DNA of 64,000 bases from NCBI RefSeq assembly GCF_016097555.1, contig NC_054701.1, positions 67,160,366 through 67,224,365 of the forward strand, in the 5' to 3' direction. Positions 25,291-39,020 of the stretch are shown here, in pieces; the stretch's first letter is position 1; each line of letters starts with the position of its first letter. The stretch is from Gigantopelta aegis (taxonomy: Eukaryota). Both the position numbers and the translations under genes were made by a program. The notes under the pieces were generated by a model that saw only the letters and a program-made list of their open reading frames with translations, was not told where the DNA came from and did not search any database.

Positions 25291-25839
25291 TAATTAAGTT
25301 AAAATAACTTGAAATGCATTAGTCCCCACTGTGCCCAAATTAGTCAGATCTAAAGCCCAGAACTGTAATAAGAGAAATACATTTCTGTTCATTGCATCAG
25401 TCCTTGGCTTTTGAAAAACCATGGCGAGTAAAAAATCGTATACCTCAATACGCTTAGGCAAATGAAAAATCACACTCAACAAAATGCTAAGGTGAGTGAA
25501 AACCAAGCATTATTAATTTATGAAGTAATTAGTACATGTAAATGTAGACATATGTTGCAAAAATGAACCAATAAAAAAAAAAAAAATTCTTCTAATTTTA
25601 CGTTGTTTGGTTCATTACCCCGGTAGTGTAATCTGACTTTCGTATTGAAAAAGAAACAAAAAAGTTTTTATTTGATTTTTTTTAAAGATGAAAAGAAAAA
25701 TAATAGACGCATACCTATTATCATTTCTTTTCCTTCTTTTTTATTATTCTGTCTACTTTTGAATTGTCTTTGTCTAAATTTCATTTCTGTTTTTAAAGAA
25801 AGTAGAAAGAAAAAGAAAGAAAGAAGTGTTTTATTTAAC

Positions 25840-26210
25840 AACGCACTCAAGACATTTTATTTACGGTTATATGGCGTCAGACATATGGTTAAGGACCACA
25901 CAGAGTTTTGAGAGAAAACCTGCTGTTGCCACTACATGGGCTACTCTTTCCGATTAGCAGCAAGGGATCTTTTATTTGCGCTTCCCACAGGCAGGATAGC
26001 ACAAACCATGGCCTTTGTTGAACCAGTTATGGATCACTGGTCGGTGCAAGTGGTTTACACCTAACCATTGAGCCTTGCGGAGCACTCACTCAGGGTTTGG
26101 AGTCGGTATCTGGATTAAAAATCCCATGCCTCGACTGGGATCCGAACCCAGTACCTACCAGCCTGTAGACTGATGGACTAACCACGACGCCACCGAGGCC
26201 AGTCAAAAAA
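25840..26210 (-). mobile_element. Second full copy of the SINE-2 variant
   Basis: Near-identical to 1..365, including the ggtggcgtcgtggttagtccatcagtctacaggctggtaggtactgggttcggatcccagtcgagg head. Confidence 0.85.
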
Positions 26211-27462
26211 TAAGTAAAAAGTTACACGCTTGCCATATTTGGGACCTCACGTAAGCAAACAGATATTAACTAATCGAGACAATTTTACCGACTTCGCTGA
26301 TTTCCATAATGCGTTCATTTGCGTAGGCTATAAAACACTATTTAATTCAAGTCTTATCTTTTTCCATAACTTTATGAACAATGTAAATGAGTTATCCTTA
26401 TAAGACATTGTGATCTATTACCTTACAAAAGTGGACGGTTTCTAACTAATAATAACTTAACTAGGCAAAGGGTTTTGATCAGATTGGTATGTATTCCAAG
26501 ATGTCTATTAAACCAATGTTTTCCGATTTGTATAGCTAAGATAAGTGTCTGTCATATATTAAAATATTGCATGGACACTACCCTTCATGTTACATTTTTA
26601 AATTGTTCTGGTATTATTAAAGTGGTCTTTCTATCAGCTACATACGGTAAATAGTGGCAATAAATATACAAAATTAATTTACGTGCGCTGTTTGTTAAAT
26701 TGAAATTACTCACGCACCTTAAAAAGCAAGGTTTGTTGCATTCAAATCAACAGTACAAGAGGTAAAAAAATTATGCAGATAATGGTGAAATAATACAAAA
26801 TATACACACGAGCCTGGTTTTAAGAGACTGTCTTGCATTTGCATTGTAATATGTTTTTAACTAACATAGCATTTTTAACAACCAAAATTACATATTGCAC
26901 ATATTTTATTGTCTAAAATGTTAGTGTCTATATACAGTGAAACCCCACCTAATGATCACCCCGATATTAAGACCACTCAACTGTTAAGACCACTTTTTTA
27001 AAGACTGGAATATTTCCTTATTATTTTATAGGTAAAACTACCCTGATATTAAGACCACCCTGTTATTGCGGATTATGACCAGTAAAGTCAGTTCCATTGG
27101 TCATTTCCAATGCATTTTAACCCCATCAAAGCAACCATATAATGACAGGAAATCTTCTGAATTTTTCGTTTACATAAATGTTAAAAAGTCACGCATCTAA
27201 TGGTTTCTTTGTTGTCGCTGATTGTTATCAAACGACATGTAGTACAGTCAAAGGGTAATCATGTTAGCTTAATCTGTGGAAAATGTCTAAATAAAAAATA
27301 ACACCAATACTTTCAGTTTCCGGAAAACACAGTCACCTAGTTAATATCAATGAGCAATGTAACTTGCTGATTGGTTGTTTTCATACAGCAGTCAGTCAAG
27401 TGACCCACTAGCCTGCACACATTCCAATTACAGTGACATGCTAATTAAACATATTTGTAAAG

Positions 27463-27820
27463 AAACACACTGAGATATAAATTATGTAACTTATTAAGCG
27501 GAGCATCACAGCAATTAGTTTTAATACCCAGCCCAGAACATTGATTACTCTGACATTGGCTCGACACGTGTTTATTATTGTTTAGTTAAGATACACATTC
27601 ACTGGCTGGAATGAGAAATAGCTCAATGGGCCCACACTGAGATATAAATTATGTAACTTATTAAGCGGAGCATCACAGCAATTAGTTTTAATACCCAGCC
27701 CAGAACATTGATTACTCTGACATTGGCTCGACACGTGTTTATTATTGTTTAGTTGAAGATACACATTCACTGGCTGGAATGAGAAATAGCCCAATGGGCC
27801 CACCGACAGGGATTGATCCC
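27463..27820. repeat. Tandem duplication of a ~178-bp segment that includes a SINE head fragment
   Basis: 'cacactgagatataaattatgtaacttattaagcggagcatcacagcaattagttttaatacccagcccagaacattgattactctgacattggctcgacacgtgtttattattgtttagtt' occurs twice, at 27463.. and 27643... Confidence 0.9.
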
Positions 27821-29214
27821 AGACCGACTGCGCATCAGACAAGTATTTTATCAATGGGATACATCCTGCCCCATATCTAAAAATATACCTGGTAATATCT
27901 GTACATTTGAGTTTCTTGAGTGGGTTTGATGACATTAGTTCAGAGTGGATGCTCGAGAGTGATGTAATTGATGTCATGGAAGTAATCGATCCATTAGATC
28001 TGAAATAAAAAATAAAGCTACACATGTCCCACCATACCAAGTGCTTGTAAGTTACCACTTACACATTACAAATTAGTTATCCTAAAAATAGATGGTTTCC
28101 TTTACTCATATTTGAAGTGCTTATCATCATGCAGGTCCTGAATCCTTGGTCTTTGAACTTTTGTCACAAATTGTAAGACGAAAAACAAATACAGTACTTT
28201 ATCAGCAAATAAGTGATAGTCATAACACATTTATTTTAGATGTATCTAACTTGCAGGCAGACAAAATATGGAGAATGTGCATGAGGATAAACAGCTGTGT
28301 TTACCCTCAGCTATTTTAATATGCCTGGCTGTTTAGAGAAGTTTTATGAGATTAAGGTCCAAAACACACACCAGAGTTCGGTCTGGGTCATATAGTATCA
28401 GTCAAAAAAGAAACACATTGAATCGAATGTGACAAAACACACATAACTCAGGGGTAGCACTGTGTAAAAAATAGTGGTACGGCTCGAAGTCGCCACTCTC
28501 CTTTTAAATTCACCCGTGGAGGACATTTTCACATATACAACAAATATAACCCACAAAAAAAGAAAGAGAAAAAAAGTGGTACCGCCATGCCGTACCTCTT
28601 TAAAAAGTACCCCTTTGAAATGGCTGTACCATCTGCGCTGCCCCTGTAACAAATCTGACAGCAGACAACATAGAACATGTGCTATATTTTGACAGTGCCA
28701 GACTCATCACATCAGACCCACACCCAGCTTCTGTGTTTTGGGCTTAAGGAATAAATACCTTTTGTAAATTTGGCATTTTATTTTTAAGACTGATTTAGTA
28801 AAATTATTATAATTATTTTTCATTAGATTTCTCCAGAGTGGAATAAAGATTCTAAAATGAATACAAACACAGTTCTCTGGTGCTTCTTGGTTCTTTCTGG
28901 TGGTGTCACAAACTGAAAAAAGATTTATTTTAATACATTATTTCAAACTGAATACAGGAACTTCAAACTGTTATTACAAAAAGAACCCTCTTAAGCAACA
29001 ATCAACAAACTTTACATGTGTAGTCACAATCTGGCATGAAAAACCTAAATGTGCTATCAGACAAACGTACTTATACATATATATATATGAATGAATAAAT
29101 AAATTATTTACACCACTGAAGTCATCAAGCCTTTAAAACTAAAGTCCTTAATATTTTTGCAGTTTCTTCAGTTTTAATGGTCTCATGACTTCTTGTTATT
29201 AGTACCTCATGGGA

Positions 29215-29560
29215 CTATTTCTCGCTCCAACCAGTGCACCACGACTGGTATATCAAAGGCCTTGAACAGCATGTGCCATCATGTCTGTGGGATGGTGCAT
29301 ATAAAAGATCCCTTGCTACTAATGGAAAAAATATAGTGGTTTTATAAATTTTTCCATTAGTAACAGTGGATCTTTTATATGCACCAACCCACAGACAGGA
29401 TAGCCTTTGATATACCAGTCGTGGTGCACTGGCTGGGAATAGAAATAGCTCAATGTGCCCACCGACGGGGATCGATCCCAGACCGGCCATGCATCAATCG
29501 TGTGCTTTACCACTGGGCTAGTCCCGCCCCCTGTTGTTAAACAAAACAAACTTTAACATA
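29215..29560. mobile_element. Palindromic SINE pair: a + core fragment (29215..29335) directly abutting a reverse-orientation SINE (29340..29560)
   Basis: 'ccagtgcaccacgactggtatatcaaagg...gatggtgcatataaaagatcccttgctactaatggaaaaaatatag' is followed by its near reverse complement 'ttttccattagtaacagtggatcttttatatgcacc...ccagtcgtggtgcactgg'. Confidence 0.8.
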
Positions 29561-30073
29561 CCTCTACTCTAATAAGGAACCGGACAAAAGAATACTGGTT
29601 CCGAGTACACAATTGCAATGTACCCGGGGGAAGCTGAACAAAAGAATATCGGCCTCCCCCACCCAAACCCCCAATACTTGCTGCTGGTAATAACTTGGTA
29701 CTTGGTGATGCCTTGACCAGAAGCGGTCAGGCCCTTTATAAGGGCCTTATGGGCAACCTAGGGAGACACCACAGCATCGTAGAGATCTAAAATTAACGAG
29801 CTACTCTCGATTCACTAATATCAAAACCTATATTAGCTCGGTCATTTACCTTTCGACCGACCGTTCAAAATTGTGCCAAATTCCCTCAATCAAAATTGCA
29901 CACCCTTTTCTCTTTGGCATTTAACTGCTCCATTCAAATTCCATAGCACACCACCACCCCCACCCGCCTGCTACCGATTTGATCGGGCTGCTGGTGCTCC
30001 CTTGCACCTGCCAGTGCAGGTGGTCCCTCCTCTCCTCTCCCCTCAACTTTCCTGTCATGGACATAACATACCT

Positions 30074-30400
30074 CATGGTCTGAAATACTTTCAGTAGGAG
30101 AAACATTTTCTTTGTGAAGTGGTGGTCTCTGTAGCTGTAACCTTGTCCTTGGTGTCTGAACAAGAGGTGGTGGAGGTGGTGGAGGTGTTGGGACAGCCAA
30201 CGTCGAGTCACTGGGTGCTATTTTTGCGACAGGAATCAAAGTCGGCGAAGCATGTTGAGAGGACACAGCTCGACAACGGACGTATCGAGTGTTAGACTTG
30301 TCACAGCGTCTACGAGAAGATTGCTTTTCATCACAGGTCTGGATTTCGTCGACTTTTCTCTTTTTGGCAAGCCGAGAAGAAAACCGTCTTCCTTTGGAAT
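30074..30400 (-). CDS. Candidate internal coding exon of an unidentified minus-strand gene (…SKGRRFSSRLAKKRKVDEIQTCDEKQSSRRRCDKSNTRYVRCRAVSSQHASPTLIPVAKIAPSDSTLAVPTPPPPPPPLVQTPRTRLQLQRPPLHKENVSPTESISDHE)
   Basis: A 327-nt open frame bounded by a good acceptor (cttctggattttcag|) and a consensus donor (GAG|GTATGT). It contains a KKRK NLS-like motif and a poly-Pro tract, and overlaps track ORF 29934..30266(-). Confidence 0.45.
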
Positions 30401-30764
30401 CTGAAAATCCAGAAGTTCAAGTTAAATATAATATCAAACCTTTAACATAACATTTATGCACCAAATATATACCGTCAATTATGTATCTATTTTGTCAACA
30501 AAATAAAAAAATAAATGTTGGCCAATATGATTTTGCCTGTTACATTGCCACATGAAAGGTACAAGTGCTTCTTTTCCAGTGTCAATTACTGCATTATGGC
30601 ATGCAGATCCATTTTTAACCAAATTGTAAGAGGTTGGTCAAGCAAATTTTATACATACACTGGGAATAAAGAAGCATTTGCTACTCACATTTACATGTAT
30701 ACAATTTACTTAATTACACATATATACAATAAAAATAATGGATTGGTAATAAAAAAACAAAGTT

Positions 30765-31075
30765 TGTTTTGTTTAACGACACCACTAGAGCACATTGATT
30801 AATTAATCATCGGCTATTGGTTGTCAAACATTTGATAATTCTGACAGTGAAAACCTGCTACATTTTTCATAATGCAGCAAGGGATCTTTTATATGCACTT
30901 TCCCATTGACAGGAAAGCACATACCATGGCCTTTGATCAGATGTGGTGCACTGGTTGGAACTAGAAAAAAAACAATCAGTTGAATGGATCCACCATGGTG
31001 GTTCGATCCTGCGACACAAGCACCTCAAGCAAGCACTCATCCGACTGAGCTAAATCCCACCCCGGATTGGTAATA
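30765..31075 (-). mobile_element. SINE subfamily B2 (tail-B with the alternative head)
   Basis: aaagtttgttttgtttaacgacaccactagagcacattgattaattaatcatcggctattggttgtcaaacatttgataat … ggggtgggatttagctcagtcggatgagtgcttgcttgaggtgcttgtgtcgcaggatcgaaccacc in reverse complement. Confidence 0.8.
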
Positions 31076-32461
31076 TAGTCGGTAGTATTTGCATGCTGAA
31101 AATCAGTATTTTAAAAATATACAAGTGTATATTCTTTTCTTTCACTCAGTTCAGTGTAAGGTGTAAATGAAAGAAAATTACAAGCTAATTAAAGCTTGCA
31201 GATGGTATCAATTAATTTTATATTTTTAATTTTATTTTATTTTAGACCACCCCATCTAAAATTGCGTTAAATGTCTTAATTAGTTATAGATTAAGTGTAT
31301 ATATGTTTAAGGAAGCAGTCAAAATTTATTAATCTCCCCTCATTACTATTTTATCATTTTTGATCAAAATTTTAAATTGTCCCTATATTTAGGTACCTCC
31401 TGCTCTGAGTCAGACACCCGATCCAGCGCCCTCAGTAGTTTAAGAAGTAGCAGGCTACAACAGTGATGATAGCAGGGGGCAAGCGGGGGGTCTGGGGGCC
31501 CTCCCCGAGAAACATTTGAAAAATCGAACCTCTGAGATGCATTCTCATGTTAGCGCAAATCAGTCACCATCCATTAAATGCAGCAACTGAACAATTTTAC
31601 TCGAAAAGTAGGCGGTGGCAAAAGCTGTTTCAGGCGGTGATTTGCCACCGGAGACCGGGTACTTTTGAGGGCTCTGCCGATCTTATCGGAAGCCGGACTC
31701 GAGATAGACGTATTCAAAGCCATAAAGGTATATGAACACGTTAAAAACCTAGCCAAGCCAAGCAGATGTAAAAGAATTGGTCACAAAAATAAATATTTTA
31801 ATTTAAAAAACCTTGGGAATATTGGAAGGCTCTTATCATTCCACTTTTGACTTCATTTAATTGGTTGCATGTTTCTTCAGGTGTTACAAGGCATGCTGGG
31901 TACTGGTCCCCATGAAGAACACTCATCATTTTCACCTACAAGTGTAGAAAATGTTTTGTATATGAAATTGTCATTGAAAATACAAAAACATATTGCTACC
32001 TTTCAACTATTAGCAGGCACGTATTTTGGCTGTTTGTCTTTTTTGATAACCTCTACATCTCAACTGAATGTAAAAGTTGTAGCGAGACTAACGGATCGAG
32101 ATTAACGGCGAGAGTTACATTAACAGGAAAATAACCTTTGAATCATGCCCCCAACGCTCATTCAATTGTGCCCCCCAGTAATGTCCACCATGCTGCAGGC
32201 CTGATTAGTAAACCCAGCAAGATTTAGAGAATCAAATAAGAAATAGCATGAAGATTATCAAAATAACTTGACTATGATGTAAGTAAGTTTAAAATTATTC
32301 CACTTACAAACAAGGCACTGTAAAAGTAAATCAGTGTTAATTAGTAGTAAGCCTGCAGCACTGCCAATTAACTAAAGTTAATAACAACTTTTAACCTCGA
32401 TTAACAAAATCTACACTGATACAATCAAAAAGATCAAAGTTTTATGTTAAAAATTACCTTC

Positions 32462-32566
32462 AAGTAAGAAAAGATTCCACCATTTTCCAAATCTTCAACT
32501 TTTTTTTTACGCATTATCTTAGCATATGCCTCTGGATTTTGTTCCAAGTATTTAATCAAGTCCTGC
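32462..32566 (-). CDS. Candidate coding exon of an unidentified minus-strand gene (DLIKYLEQNPEAYAKIMRKKKVEDLENGGIFSYLK)
   Basis: Only one of three frames is open over 105 nt, flanked by acceptor tttgcag| and donor AAG|GTAATT. Its phase is not directly compatible with the 30400 exon, so an intervening exon or a different gene is required. Confidence 0.3.
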
Positions 32567-34611
32567 AAATAAAAAGTATAGGAAACAATTACTCAGTCTA
32601 ATCAGACGTTTTGCCATTTCTGAAGACTTTTTCTAAGAACTAACTTTTTAGGCAGAATTTATGAAGTCTTTTTGGCCTTACGGAGTACATATATTTACAA
32701 TACAAACATATGCATTTAAGAAAAACAAGCTTTATAAATTCACCCATAAATATTTAATGTTATAATACTGTTTCCTGAATTATAAATCGAAGGTTGATAT
32801 AAATAAAAATAAAAAGCATATTAAAATTTTAATATGAAATTTAAAAAAAACATGTTTTATTTAATGACACACTCAATCAGAGAACATTTTGTTTTCAAAG
32901 TCTTGATTAGAGATATTTCTAGTCAATTAAAAATTGATTAACAGCCAGTTTAATGTTTTAAAATTGTGTAGTGATCTCTGAAACTTGCATAGCGAATTGA
33001 GACGTGATACTAAACAAAATGTTCCCTGTCAATACATTGTTATTTGTGCTTATATGGTGTTGGATGTATGGTTAAAGCCGCATACCCTAGTTCCATCCAG
33101 CAAAAATAAATTATAATTTGGTTAATCTACAAACCTGTAACACACTTAGATCACGTTTTTATCAAATGGAGTGAAAAAGCAGGTTTTATATCGATAAATA
33201 CCATGGGAATCCCCATGTCCCAATTGCTTGAAATAATTTTGAAAGTTAGTATTCTGATGTCACCGATAGATGTCGCTTGAAGCACAACAATGCCTACGTC
33301 ACGACAAATTTCACAGACTTGGGGTGCGTTCGTTTCACCTCTCCTGTACATGTTCCAACTGTTCTATCCTGGTTGTATCCCCTCTCCAGATATCGTAAGA
33401 CTTAGCAAAATTATTGGTTTTAAGGGTTTGTAACGTTTTGTATTGAGACACTTACTTGTCTGAATTTTATTGTTACTGAAAATGTTCACGAACTGTGAAG
33501 AAAAATCTCACAAATGAACAACAACAAATCGGATGTTGATTGCACGAACCGTGCACGAGAAAACAAACCGAACCAAAATGATAACGGTCACGTGATATAC
33601 CAACGTCTGTGACATTGATATGGAAATATCCCCTCTAAAAATAGATTGGACCTCGCTTGCTTAACAGTTTTTTCTCGACAACACGTCTTGTGAAAAAATG
33701 CAAAAAATGCATTTCGTGGTTTTACAAACATCAGGATTACCAAAAAGCACTTCAGGTGAATGGAAATGTGTATTCTAAATAATAAAATGTAAGTAAAGTG
33801 CAATTTTATTTGTGAAAAATGGGGTTTAATAGCGAAAAACAACGCCGTAATGGTTAACAATAAACGTAACTAGGGTGTGTCCCTTTAAGGACCACATAAA
33901 TAATGGGAGAGGAATGCTGCTAGATGCCACACTTTGGGCTTATTTTCAATTAACAGCCTGAACACGACAGAACAAATTCTATAGGGTGTATACTACCAAA
34001 TCAAATCCCATAGACGGCAATAGTAACATATATGACTAAAACTCCTACCTGCAGCATATCAATCAACATAAACGCCACGGATATAAATACTACTAACCCT
34101 CACCCTTAAAGTGAATCAGAAAATATTGGGGGTCAAGCTGCTCATTTCTGAGATAACGGGTAGTGTCTATGACTGCCCTAGTTCCATACAAAATTAGTGT
34201 ACTTTTTTTTTAACAGGTACCCCATACATGTTTCAAGCACACGGCTACTTGACAGAGTGGTACTAGATGCAATAAAATTGCACACATTTTTTGCCCAGAT
34301 AAAACTTCTTTTTTTTTTACATCCAACACACTCACATTTATCACCAATCACAGGACTTGTGGTGTTCACTTCTCTATCAAAAGTTGGGTGCACCTCAAAG
34401 TTTTACCTAGCCAGAAGTTATTTGGTTTAGTCAGGTTGTTCAACATACCGACAGCTAAATCAGTATTTGGGGCAGTGCACCACGCCTGGTATATCAAAGG
34501 CTGTGGTATGTGCTATCCTGTCTGTAGAATGGTGCATTTAATAGATCCCTTGCTACTAGTATTTAGAGGCTAATATGTAGCTTAGTGGTTAAGTCACCTG
34601 AATTCACTAGT

Positions 34612-34895
34612 GCAATGAAAGTTAATATTTGTTTTGTTTAAAGACACAACTATAGCACATTAATTAATTAATCGTCATCTACTGAATGTCAAAGATTTGG
34701 TTTATTCTGACTATAGTCTTCAGAGGAAGTCTTCTACATTTTCCCATTATCAGCAAGGGATCTTTTATATGCATTTTCCCATAGACATGACAGGACAAAC
34801 AAATTCAGAGTGGGTCCACCAAGGTTTGATCCAGTGACCAAAGCACCTCAGGCGATCACTTACCGACTGAGCTAGATCCTCATTCTTGGGGCCCA
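34612..34895 (-). mobile_element. SINE subfamily B2 copy
   Basis: gttaatatttgttttgtttaaagacacaactatagcacattaattaattaatcgtcatctactgaatgtcaaagatttgg …. Confidence 0.75.
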
Positions 34896-35205
34896 TTGGG
34901 CTATTTCTTGTTCCAGCCAGTGCTCCATAACTTGTGTAACAAAGGCTGTGGTATACATGTACTATGGTATGGTCTGTGGGATGGTGCCTATAAAAGATCC
35001 CTTTATGCTAATCGAAAAAGAATATCCCATGAAATGGCGACAGCAGGTTTCCTCTATCAATGTCTGTGTGGTCCTTAATTTGACGCCATATAACAGTAAA
35101 TAAAATGTGTTGAGTGTGTCGTTAAATAAAACATTTCCATAATAGCAGATGATTAATTAATCAATGTGCTCTAGTGGTGTTGTTAAACAAAACAAATATT
35201 TTTTT
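34885..35205 (+). mobile_element. SINE with tail-A followed by a tail-B fragment (head-truncated)
   Basis: ggggcccattgggctatttcttgttccagccagtgctccataac … gttaaataaaacatttcc … aatcaatgtgctctagtggtgttgttaaacaaaacaaa. Confidence 0.75.
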
Positions 35206-36775
35206 ATTTTTTTTTCGTTGGGATGGGGGGAAATGACAAAGCACCTCTCAGCTAAAATTAAAATCACGTACCCTAGTAAGATGGACTCTAAAAGACAGGT
35301 GGTTACTAAATGGAGGTATCATTTTGAATGTTTAATATTTTACATTAAGGCCTCTTTGTGTTGCTGTTTCTGACTGTTCCTCTATTTCATCCATGGAAAG
35401 CTGTTGACAGTAGCTGTGATGCATTGGGACAGGTTCATCAAATTCATCAAAGGTTTCCACCAGTGGTGATGCAGGCAGGTAGGGATCCATTGTCTAATAA
35501 AACATCACCTAACTGAAAAGATATCAAGTTTTTGAAACACAGTTAGTATCCTAAAAAAAATTAAAAAAAAAAAATTATGGCAATAGACCAGTTTCTTGCT
35601 ACCCTACCTTCTTTTTTCTTTTTTTAACATTCATTCATTCAATTTAACTTATTTTCGTGCTTATATCCAATTAAGGTTCAAGCATGCTGTCCTGGGAACA
35701 CACCTCTGGGTCATTCCACGCCAAAACAACCAAATTCCCGAAAATTTCGCGGGTGACCATCTCCGATTTTGATAAAATTCCACTCATTTGTGCATCTGTA
35801 TAAATGATGGATGCATGCAAAATTTTGGGACCAAATTCTTATTAGTTTTGAAATTATGGTTGATCAAATGTAGGGCCTGTCGCCCCATTTTTGGCACTCG
35901 CGACTATGTCAAGTGGTTTTGGGCTATTTTTGAATGCTAATAACTTTAATTACTATAAAGATATTGAGCTGCAATTTGCTATGTTACATATTTCATACCT
36001 GGAGAATCTAAAAATGGACTCATTTTGTACATATCTGTGATAGTTTTTGACATGGGGACATCTAAAGTTTAGTTTTTTATCATTCAAAACTCTTTTTTTT
36101 TATATTTTGGAGGTCTATTACTTTATGATTATTTGTCATAGATACAAACTGTTGATTGATTTGAAGTATGTACCTATGGATGTTTTTTTATGGGAAAGAT
36201 TATCTGAATCCAGTAAAATATTAATATGTAGTTAGGGTCCAAAGTTGAGAAAAAATTACAAAATGCAAAAAATATGCATGCATACTCAGGGTGATTTGAC
36301 CATGTGGGCAGTTACTTAGCACCATGCGCTTTTAATATGATTAACTAATATCTATTTGCTATATGTGTACCAATTTTTGACTTTGTGGCTCAACTCCTTG
36401 ATAGGTAAATAAACTTACCTTTCTAGTCCCCGTTTAAGAGCTCGAGGTTGAAGTAAACACTTGAATCACTGCACAAAAACTTCTTTTAAGTTTAAAAATC
36501 AAAATGTATCCAGAAAGTATTCATAATTAGAATGTGTTAATATACAGGTACAACTTTATATCCACATTTAATTACAGAAATGCTGGTAATTTATTTTTAA
36601 TCTGAATGTCATCCTGGGTAGACAGTTTATAAAATCGAGCACTATGTCCCTGCACTTGAGGTGCACCAGTCACACAAATGATGTCTTGAAACTGAACCCA
36701 ACACTGATCTTTTCGTGAAGCTGAAGGCCAGGAGAGAAGTCCTGTACTGGACCGTTTCATACTATCAATAAGCAC

Positions 36776-37000
36776 TTATTTTCGTGCTTATATCCAATTA
36801 AGGTTCAAGCATGCTGTCCTGGGAACACACCTAGCTGCTATCTGTGCTGTCTGTCCAGGACAGTGGGTTAGTTGTTAGTGGTTAGTAAGAGAAAAGAGGG
36901 TGTAGTGGTCGTTAAAACTATCTCTAGGTGAGAGCCGGTATCCAGGCTGCAAATTCAGTCCCTACTAGCCTTATGTCCGATGGGTTAACCACGACACCAA
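36776..37000 (-). mobile_element. SINE family 3 copy, reverse orientation (a partial additional fragment lies at ~35640..35700)
   Basis: Reverse complement of the family-3 consensus, including the head ggtgtcgtggttaacccatcggacataagg. Confidence 0.75.
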
Positions 37001-37562
37001 CAAGGCGATTTTTTTAAATATAATACTATCACTTGTGTGGTGTGATTTATTGTGCATGTTTTCATGTGTATTTCTATAGCTGCCTCTTTTAAAGCGGATT
37101 ACAATATAAAATATAATATCGCTGAAGTGTTGTTTTAAGCTACTAGCATTACATGTATGATGTCACTGCACAGAAAACTTGTGCATGGTAAAAGCCCTCA
37201 TCAATCTACTTTTTTTTCTGAGAACTGAATGCATGTATGGCAATGGTACCATTTGATGAACTATGGTACCATATATATAACTATATCTAAATTGATAAAA
37301 AAAATGTGGACCGTTGGTAATTAGGGGATGGGGGGTGTGGTGCATATGCACCTGTCACATCCCCCCCCCCCAACCCTATCCCCCAAGTATGGGCCTGAAG
37401 CCTACCTGAAAGTTCCATCCAATTGACCTTTTGCCATGAGAATTTAAATAGTTTAGTATTTTAATTGGAAAAAAATTAATGAGTTACATGTTGTTTAGCT
37501 AAAAAGAATTTCATCCGGAATTAGTCAAAATGAAAATGGGACAAACGGTGTGATACGGACAA

Positions 37563-37622
37563 GTCGGTAACTGCTAGTTCATCAAGATTAACCTCGAGTG
37601 CATGCTCTCGAGGTTAATCTTG
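37563..37622. repeat. Near-perfect 60-bp palindrome (25-bp arms 'ctagttcatcaagattaacctcgag' around a gcatgc centre), with a third partial arm copy at ~37660..37685
   Basis: gctagttcatcaagattaacctcgagtgcatgctctcgaggttaatcttgatgaactagg. Confidence 0.9.
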
Positions 37623-37919
37623 ATGAACTAGGCAACTGCTCAACAGTGCTTATAGCCTAAACTAGTTCATCAAGATAAACGTCTCCGGCACGACATTTAT
37701 TATTGTGATGTTTATCGCAGGTCCAATAAATGTCAAAATGTTAAAAAACACATTAAAAAAACGGACCGTAGATGTTTACTTTGTTGAACTAAGGCTAAAC
37801 TTAAAACTGGTTGGGACATCAATTGATTCAATAACTTTTAAAAAGCGTATAACTACTTGGTTTGTATGCCATAATAAATCCCATTTAAAATGTGGTTTAT
37901 GTTGGTTAGTTTTAAATTA

Positions 37920-37947
37920 TCTATATATATATATATATATATATATT
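37920..37947. repeat. (TA)n microsatellite
   Basis: tatatatatatatatatatatatatat. Confidence 0.95.
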
Positions 37948-38995
37948 TTAAACTGATTTAAAGATAGTTACATTGCACAATGTAAACTACAGCAGACACA
38001 CCTTTTGAACTTTCCGCCCAAGTTTCTCGGGGCTTCTCAACGAAATGTCAAAATAAATTGGTCTAAATTGCTCTAACTAAAAAAGGCCGAAACGAATATT
38101 AATTATATTTCAGTTAACGGCATAAGACTCATATTATATAGCGTTGTATATAATAAACAGAGTATTTTGTTATAATACTCTTTTTTGTTTTTGTTTTTGG
38201 TTGGGGTTTTTTGTCATATAGAAGGGGTGTTGGGACTTTCTAATTATTGGATACAGGCATATGGACCAAAACCCCTCCCTTCTAAAGCAAACATTTTTCT
38301 CAATATATTTTCCAGGTAAGCATGATTTTTTTGTTTTAAAGAAAAAGTATTGTACTTGGCATAGGAGATCAGTTTCAATGAGTATGTACGCAACTCAGTT
38401 CTAAAGTACCGTGTAGGTCTATATCAATGTTTACAAAGAAGTAGTTGTTAAGCAAATAATTAGCTTTTTATTACTATTTCTATCTTTCGAATGAGCACTA
38501 AATTGGCTGTTGTGTAGCAAAGTTTCCCGCATGAGCGTCAAGAACTATTGTAAGATTAAGGCACGCTTATAGTATCTTAAAAGCTGGTTTATATCGCTGT
38601 GGACTAGTTACAGATCCATCCTGCAAATCTGGGTATCATGACGAGAGCAGCTTCCATTACTTCTTTCAGTGTAAACTTTATACCCAGCAAAGACATCTAT
38701 TAGACTCTTTAAGTACATTTGTACCAACAAACCTCCAGTTAGTACTAAACGGTAGAACCACATTAAGTGACAATACAAAGAAGCAAATATTTCATTATAT
38801 TCCAAAATACATTAAACAAACAGAAAGATTCAATAAATAAAATAGGGGGCCTATAGTTTAATAAATGATTAGATAAATAAATTATGACTCGATAAAAATA
38901 TATCAAAATGTGCGGAATTTATCGACCATTCCGCGTTAAAGCCGCGTCATCTGATTAGAAACATAAACTACTTTAGTTTCCCCATTTTTATTTTT

Positions 38996-39020
38996 AAAAA
39001 AATTATTATTATTATTTTAT

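Noticed and set aside
31380-31760. CpG-rich block with ORFs 31547..31735(+) and 31574..31756(-)
   Set aside because: It is open in both strands, has no splice signals and looks like a fragment of an unclassified repeat (ggtggcaaaagctgtttcaggcggtgatttgccaccgg is internally palindromic). There is insufficient evidence for a gene.
35346-35504. Small minus-strand ORF MDPYLPASPLVETFDEFDEPVPMHHSYCQQLSMDEIEEQSETATQRGLNVKY with a good Kozak context (gacaATGG)
   Set aside because: It is isolated and only 52 codons long. There is no supporting splice structure or recognisable homology, and it is adjacent to SINE fragments. I noted it but did not call it.
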